A stretch of DNA of 63,971 nucleotides, counting the filler, from Reclinomonas americana ATCC 50394 (Eukaryota), in assembly GCA_048213135.1 (NCBI GenBank). It is 19 parts of 19 records of this genome, joined end to end, with 100 filler letters (N's around TTAATTAATTAA, not from the genome) between each part and the next. Parts side by side here need not be neighbours in the genome. Positions count along the whole stretch, not along the records: positions 56,711 to 59,116 come from AFZH01023239.1; positions 59,217 to 60,370 come from AFZH01023240.1; positions 60,471 to 62,834 come from AFZH01023242.1; positions 62,935 to 63,971 come from AFZH01023245.1; 15 more parts are not named here. One strand, written 5' to 3'. A program made the translations under genes and the position numbers. A model generated the notes under the pieces. It saw nothing but the letters and a program-made list of their open reading frames with translations. It searched no databases and was not told where the DNA came from. This document shows, in pieces, positions 58,821 to 63,971 of this stretch (the first letter of the stretch is position 1; each line of letters opens with the position of its first letter).

Positions 58821-58955
58821 TCGAGCGCGAGATTCACGTGGCCGGCACCAGACTACTCGTCTCCCTTAAAGCCGATCCGCTCGGCATCGCGAAAGCGCTT
58901 AAACGCCGCGACGCCGTGGCGCTCTTGGGCGCAGCCGAGATTGCGTGAGAGGGAC

Positions 58956-59116
58956 CTAGGCCTCGTGGACAAAGGGTAGCCAGAGTTTGACTGCGGCGAT
59001 GGCGACGAATCCGAGGTAAGATTCCTTGCTCTTGTCGTAGCGTGTGGCGATGCGCCGCCAGTTCTTGAGCTTGCTGAACAGTCGCTCGATCAGATTGCGC
59101 CACTTGTATTTCTCGG
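58956..59116 (-). mobile_element. IS5-family transposase C-terminus and right end
   Basis: YKWRNLIERLFSKLKNWRRIATRYDK. Stop lies within CTAG at the element end. Confidence 0.9.
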
Positions 59117-59388
59117 NNNNNNNNNNNNNNNNNNNNNNNNNNNNNNNNNNNNNNNNNNNNTTAATTAATTAANNNNNNNNNNNNNNNNNNNNNNNNNNNN
59201 NNNNNNNNNNNNNNNNGACCAAGTCCCAACCCCTACAATGAAGACGAAAAATGCTGAACGCGATCTTTGGCAGCCATCGAACGAGCGGGCGCGTGGACCC
59301 AAACGTCGCTCTGACCTCGCGCGTCAAAGCGCTCGCGCTAGCGGTATGGGACTCTTTTAATCCCATCGCGATGCGGTATGATCGGGCC

Positions 59389-59943
59389 ATGCGAACCGAT
59401 CCCATCCACTTCCGCTTTGATGAGCGAAAAGGCGTCGAGGTGCTCACCTACGTCGCCGAGCGCTGGCCAGGGATCACGCCGTTCTACGCCTCGAAAGTGC
59501 TCTTCGTCGCCGACGAGGAGCACATCAATGCCTACGGACGACCCATTACGGGCGACACGTTCATCGCCATGCCGAATGGGCCTGTGCCCTCAGCGACGTA
59601 CGCGCTGATCAAGGGCCAGCTCGACGCCTTTGGCGCGCCAGAGGCGATCTTCGAGGCGATCGAAATCCGCCAAGGCCCTCGCTACAAGCAGATCTTCGCG
59701 AGACGGCCAGCGAACCGAGAAAAGCTTTCGCCGTCCGACGAGGAATGCCTCGACAATGCGATCGCCTTCTGCCGCGGACGGGACTTCGACGAGCTGTCCA
59801 TGCTGACGCACCAGAATCCAGCATACCAGAGGGCCATGCCCAATGGTCCGATGGATCCGGCAGACATGGTCCGCATCGACCTCCCGCACCGAGACGAGGT
59901 GCTCCAAGAGATGCGCGACTTCAGCCGATATGGCCTGCTCTGA
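59389..59943 (+). CDS. Panacea (DUF4065) antitoxin
   Basis: KVLFVADEEHINAYGRPITGDTFIAMPNGPVPS..ELSMLTH..AY. TATGAT lies 6 nt before the ATG. Confidence 0.88.
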   Translation: MRTDPIHFRFDERKGVEVLTYVAERWPGITPFYASKVLFVADEEHINAYGRPITGDTFIAMPNGPVPSATYALIKGQLDAFGAPEAIFEAIEIRQGPRYKQIFARRPANREKLSPSDEECLDNAIAFCRGRDFDELSMLTHQNPAYQRAMPNGPMDPADMVRIDLPHRDEVLQEMRDFSRYGLL

Positions 59944-60370
59944 AGCGGCCGAATTGGTCACGGGCCATGTCTACGTGATCTTCGCGACCATCGCGAAGAC
60001 TCCCAAGGACAAACTCACGATCTGCGTCTGCGCCGGGAAGAATCTCTTCCTCTGGATCAACACGAAGCGAAACGACCGCCAGGACGGCCAACTGCCACTC
60101 AGGGCCGACGACCATGGCGTGCTCGATCGGGACTGCTTCCTCGATTGCAGACGTTTCCGCCCGTCTCGCTGGCGAGCGCCCGCGACAGGGGCCCATCTCA
60201 GACGACCTGCGCAATCGCATCATCGAGATGTTCGAGCAAACTCCGCCCCGCAGGGTCCCACGCGAACGGGTAGCCCTCATCATCGCAAGTCTCAGGGAAA
60301 CACCACAGGACAGGTATTCGGACGGCGGTCTGAATCCAAACCCCTTAGGAAGAGACAAAATGTTAAAGAC
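59930..60370 (+). pseudogene. Putative toxin (PemK-like fold suspected) with two frameshifts
   Basis: PKDKLTICV..LFLWINT..HGVLDRDCFLDC | TFPPVSLASARDRG | ISDDLRNRIIE occupy three frames (shifts near 60150 and 60194). Confidence 0.6.
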
Positions 60371-60470
60371 NNNNNNNNNNNNNNNNNNNNNNNNNNNNNN
60401 NNNNNNNNNNNNNNTTAATTAATTAANNNNNNNNNNNNNNNNNNNNNNNNNNNNNNNNNNNNNNNNNNNN

Positions 60471-61253
60471 GCTTTTGCCGGGTTCCGGATGGCAGGCCAT
60501 ACGGCCATCGTGACCGGCGGTGCCCAGAACATCGGGGCGGCCATCGCCCGCAGCCTCGCAGGGGCTGGAGCACGGGTCATGATCGCCGATCTCGACGGCG
60601 ACAAGGCCGCCGCAGCGGCCGCGTCCATCGCCGCCGAAACGGGGGCAGACTGCCTCGGCCAGGTCTGCGACGTGACGAAGACCGATCAGATCGAGGCCGT
60701 CGTGGCCGCCACCGTCACCGCTTTCGGGGGCCTCTCGACGCTCGTCAACAATGTCGGCTGGGGCGGCCGGCAGGACGATCCGACCGCGATCCCCGATGAG
60801 GAGTTCATCGCCTCCTACCGCCTCAATACGATCAGCGCGTATCGGATGAGCATGGCCTGCCTGCCCCATCTGCTGGCGGCGACGAACGCCACGATCACCA
60901 ATTCGGGGTCGTTCTCGTCTGCCATACCGGCCTACGACATCCTTCCCTATGCCACGGCGAAGGCGGCGCTCAACCAGATGATGGTTTCGGTCGCGCATTT
61001 GCTGGCTCGCAAGGTGCGGGTCAACTCGGTCCTAATCGGAACGGTCCTCACCGCCGGCTATGCCGATGCAGGAATCGACGAGGCCGTGCAGCAGCGCATG
61101 AAGCACCCCGACACCCTCACAGGTCGCCCCGGCACCCCGGAGGACGTCGCCAATGCCGTGCTCTGGCTCTGCTCGCCGGGCAGCAGCTGGGTGAGCGGAC
61201 AGACCATCAACGTGCATGGCGGGGGCGGTGTGGTGCGTCTCTTTGGGCACTGA
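60471..61253 (+). CDS. Short-chain dehydrogenase/reductase
   Basis: TGGAQNIG, NNVG, YATAK (YxxxK) and VSGQTINVHGG. The start may lie before the contig edge. Confidence 0.93.
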   Translation, partial: AFAGFRMAGHTAIVTGGAQNIGAAIARSLAGAGARVMIADLDGDKAAAAAASIAAETGADCLGQVCDVTKTDQIEAVVAATVTAFGGLSTLVNNVGWGGRQDDPTAIPDEEFIASYRLNTISAYRMSMACLPHLLAATNATITNSGSFSSAIPAYDILPYATAKAALNQMMVSVAHLLARKVRVNSVLIGTVLTAGYADAGIDEAVQQRMKHPDTLTGRPGTPEDVANAVLWLCSPGSSWVSGQTINVHGGGGVVRLFGH

Positions 61254-61297
61254 CCAGAGCGATCCGCGGCGCCGCCGGCACGAAGGGAACCTTGGCT

Positions 61298-62020
61298 ATG
61301 AGAATGGCGATTGCGGCTGCTGCGGTCTCGGCCGCCTTCGGCACAATGTCGGTGGCCTCGGCGCAGAGCCGGGACGCCGCAAAGTCGGTCAGCGATCGCC
61401 AGGTCGCCGTCATGATGTTCGTCGATTATGGCCGTTCCTATGGGTACCAGAGCATGCTGGCGGCGATCCAGATCGACGTGGTCAAGGCTCAGATCGCTCG
61501 CGACCAGGCGCTGCTGAAGCAGAAAGAAGAGCTCTACCGGAAGAAGGCGATCCCGCTCGTCGAGCTGGAGATCGCCCGGCTTAAGGATCTCTGGAACCGC
61601 AAGCAGCTGGTCGTCGCCGAAAAAAGTCTAGCGACGGTGTCGGCCCAATACCAGGCGATGGGCGAAATGGCGAAGCACTTCAGTGGGGTGAACGTCCCGG
61701 TCGATGCCCTCTATGCGACGTTCCGGCGCGCTTGGGACGCAGGTTGTGAGAAGGGCCCCGACGAGGTCGAGGCCATGCGGGCGTGGGCTGCGTTCGCGAC
61801 CAAATCCGCAGAACGTGCTCGGCAGTTGAACCGGCTGGGCCGTGAAACGAAGACGGCGTTGCTTGAGAAGCAGATGCAGCAGAGGATCGCCCAGGCCAAC
61901 TATGAGCAAAGGGCGTCAAGGCTCGACCGCTGCAGGACCGTCCTGTCTCCGAGCTTCGATGACGTTCTGATGGTTGACGCACCGCGGCCAGCTGGAGCCG
62001 AAAAGCCGTCCGACCGATAG
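61298..62020 (+). CDS. Exported helical/coiled-coil hypothetical protein
   Basis: Signal peptide ending ASA; two helical-hairpin-like segments. Confidence 0.7.
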   Translation: MRMAIAAAAVSAAFGTMSVASAQSRDAAKSVSDRQVAVMMFVDYGRSYGYQSMLAAIQIDVVKAQIARDQALLKQKEELYRKKAIPLVELEIARLKDLWNRKQLVVAEKSLATVSAQYQAMGEMAKHFSGVNVPVDALYATFRRAWDAGCEKGPDEVEAMRAWAAFATKSAERARQLNRLGRETKTALLEKQMQQRIAQANYEQRASRLDRCRTVLSPSFDDVLMVDAPRPAGAEKPSDR

Positions 62021-62160
62021 ATGCAACCTCGCCGCCGCCGGAAGTGCTCGCTGTTCTTCCATCGCCGCGCTGTTCGGGAAGGATGCGCCATTAGCTGAAG
62101 TTGGGCCAGCGCCTAAAACCGGACCTCAGAACCGAATGAGTTCAACCGCACAAACGCCGT

Positions 62161-62834
62161 CTATTTCAGCTCTGAGGACCAGCCAAAATCGACATAATCG
62201 GCGCGGCTATCATGGCAGATATTGCCATAGGCTTTGAGATAGGCGCTGCGGCGCGCATCGTCGTGATAGACCGCCGCCGGGTCGGCCGTGTCGCGCTCGA
62301 ATTGGCCGAGGCTTTCCGGGGAGATTAGGCTTGGCAGGATGTCGAGGCCCTGGGGCACCGATCCGCCTTCAAGCCAGTCGGCGGCGTGCTGCGCCAGTGC
62401 ATAGCCGAAGATCGGCGAGGCGAGCCCGACGCTGGCTTTGTAGGGCCCGTTTCGCCGCATTTCGGCGATCGCCTCCGGCTCGCCGTCGATCCCCCCGATG
62501 AACTGGTCGTCTCGGGCGAGGCCAGCTTCGCGCAGCGCCGCCAGCGCGCCGAGCACGACCGTGTCGGCGCCGAGCACGACATCGACCCGCGAATGCGCCA
62601 GAAGGACCGTGCGCATAGTCGCGTGGCCCCCTGCCTTGTCGACGGTCCTGGGCGAGATGTCGGCGATGATGCGCACGCCCGGTAGGCTCTTGAGCGCGGC
62701 GCGGATGGCGACGAAGCGCTGCGCCAGGAACTGGTTGCTGTCATGCGTAAGCAGTACGACGCGGGCTTCGCCTCCCTTGCGCGTCCGGATGTAATCCACG
62801 GCGGCATCGCCCAAAGCCCTGCCTGTCGCCAGTT
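62161..62834 (-). CDS. Sugar ABC-type periplasmic binding protein domain, 5' partial
   Basis: LLAHSRVDVVLGADTVVLGALAAL..FIGGIDGEPEA. Confidence 0.8.
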
Positions 62835-62939
62835 NNNNNNNNNNNNNNNNNNNNNNNNNNNNNNNNNNNNNNNNNNNNTTAATTAATTAANNNNNNNNNN
62901 NNNNNNNNNNNNNNNNNNNNNNNNNNNNNNNNNNTCTCC

Positions 62940-63017
62940 CCATCTCCTTTCCCCAATTCTCGCCCTTCCATCTCCCTTCCCCAATTCTCGCCCTTCCATC
63001 TCCCTTCCCCAATTCTC
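62940..63017. repeat. 28-bp tandem repeat, about 3 copies, at the start of a CT-rich contig of unclear (probably eukaryotic) origin
   Basis: TTCCCCAATTCTCGCCCTTCCATCTCCC starts at 62949, 62977 and (partial) 63005. Confidence 0.85.
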
Positions 63018-63971
63018 ACCCGTGCCTTTCTGATTTTCCTCATTCCACTCCAAGAATACACTCTCGCACCTCTCCATCCCCACTCCTCCATCAACCACTG
63101 ATCGATTTGACCCCTCCTTTCACCCTCTCTCTGCGATTCATGTGAATTCGGAATTGACCAATCAAAATGTCTCTCCTCGTATCTCCCCACCAGTATCTCA
63201 ATTCTTGATTCCCCACGGTATCACCCTTCTTCACCTCTCCTTGCACATGATACTTGCATCAAATGACCTGCTCCATCTCTCCTCCGTCCTCCACAATTTT
63301 CTCAATCTTCCATCAGAATTGCATCAGTCAATCAATTGCAGCTCCTCACCGGCATCTGCATTCCGCATTCCCTCTGGCAGAATCCCTCTTCCCCTCTCCG
63401 CCCATGTGATCCCATCCTTTGTTTCCAAATCTGACCTCATTTCCGCCCTGTTATTCCATCGATGGCCATCATTTCAGCTGAATCCGCACCGTTGCTTGCC
63501 TGCATGCGTCTGTGTGTGAATGTTTCGCATGCCGTGCCTCTTCTCCACTCTCTCCATCGACTCCATCGTGCAATTCGTCTCACTCACACCTTCCACCCGT
63601 ATCACTGCCGGATTTCTCGGCTGCATTTCATTCGGTGCCATGCCGGATTGCTTCGATTTCCACCTCTCACCGCCCGTTCGTGCTTCCTTTCTTCCCCTTA
63701 CTCCAATTCCATTTCTCGCAGAGTTCTCTTCCTCCCCCAATTCCCGCCCCCCCCTATTCATGCATCAATAGCAGCCGGCTGTCCCCCCCGCCGCCACGCA
63801 CCAACACCCACCAGGAGGGCGGCCGGCATGCAATCGGTTTTTGCCTCATTTCACCTGTCCGACAGTTCAACCGATTTCTCCTTTCCCACTCGTGAGAATG
63901 ACGGACGGTGGTGGTTGATCACTGTGCCTGTGTCTGTGTGTGAGCAAGAATGAATGGAGGAGAGGAGGGGA

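Noticed and set aside
63020..63971. Protein-coding gene in the final contig
   Set aside because: Only short low-complexity ORFs, with no motif or consistent exon chain found.

Overview
This window is not contiguous genome. It is 19 contigs joined by 18 artificial 100-nt spacers (N44-TTAATTAATTAA-N44) and mixes at least two organisms. (1) A high-GC alphaproteobacterium-like bacterium (1-10409 and 40307-62834; taxonomy inferred only). Its contigs carry a TRAP/racemase/FAD-oxidase/GntR/Mo-sulfoxide-reductase cluster, RidA, a C39 peptidase, TetR, a GGDEF protein and an nasST-nnrS-nnrR-nnrU nitrogen-oxide cluster. They also include plasmid/prophage-like contigs with IS110/ISL3/IS21/IS5 elements, antirepressor-like genes and four toxin-antitoxin-like modules. 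(2) An intron-rich microbial eukaryote (10510-40206, possibly also 62935-63971) with short GT-AG introns and GA/CA microsatellites. Highlights read by hand from the sequence: a spliced Fanzor2/TnpB-type nuclease gene with three introns and a predicted NLS tail; an intact IS1111-type recombinase whose downstream non-coding region contains target and donor guide matches (bridge/seek RNA); an 8-exon, membrane-anchored T4-type lysozyme; and a 2.1-kb Helitron-like element with TT/CTAG ends plus inverted repeats. All family calls come from motif recognition by eye, not from database searches. Several single-base frameshifts lie in homopolymers and may be sequencing errors.
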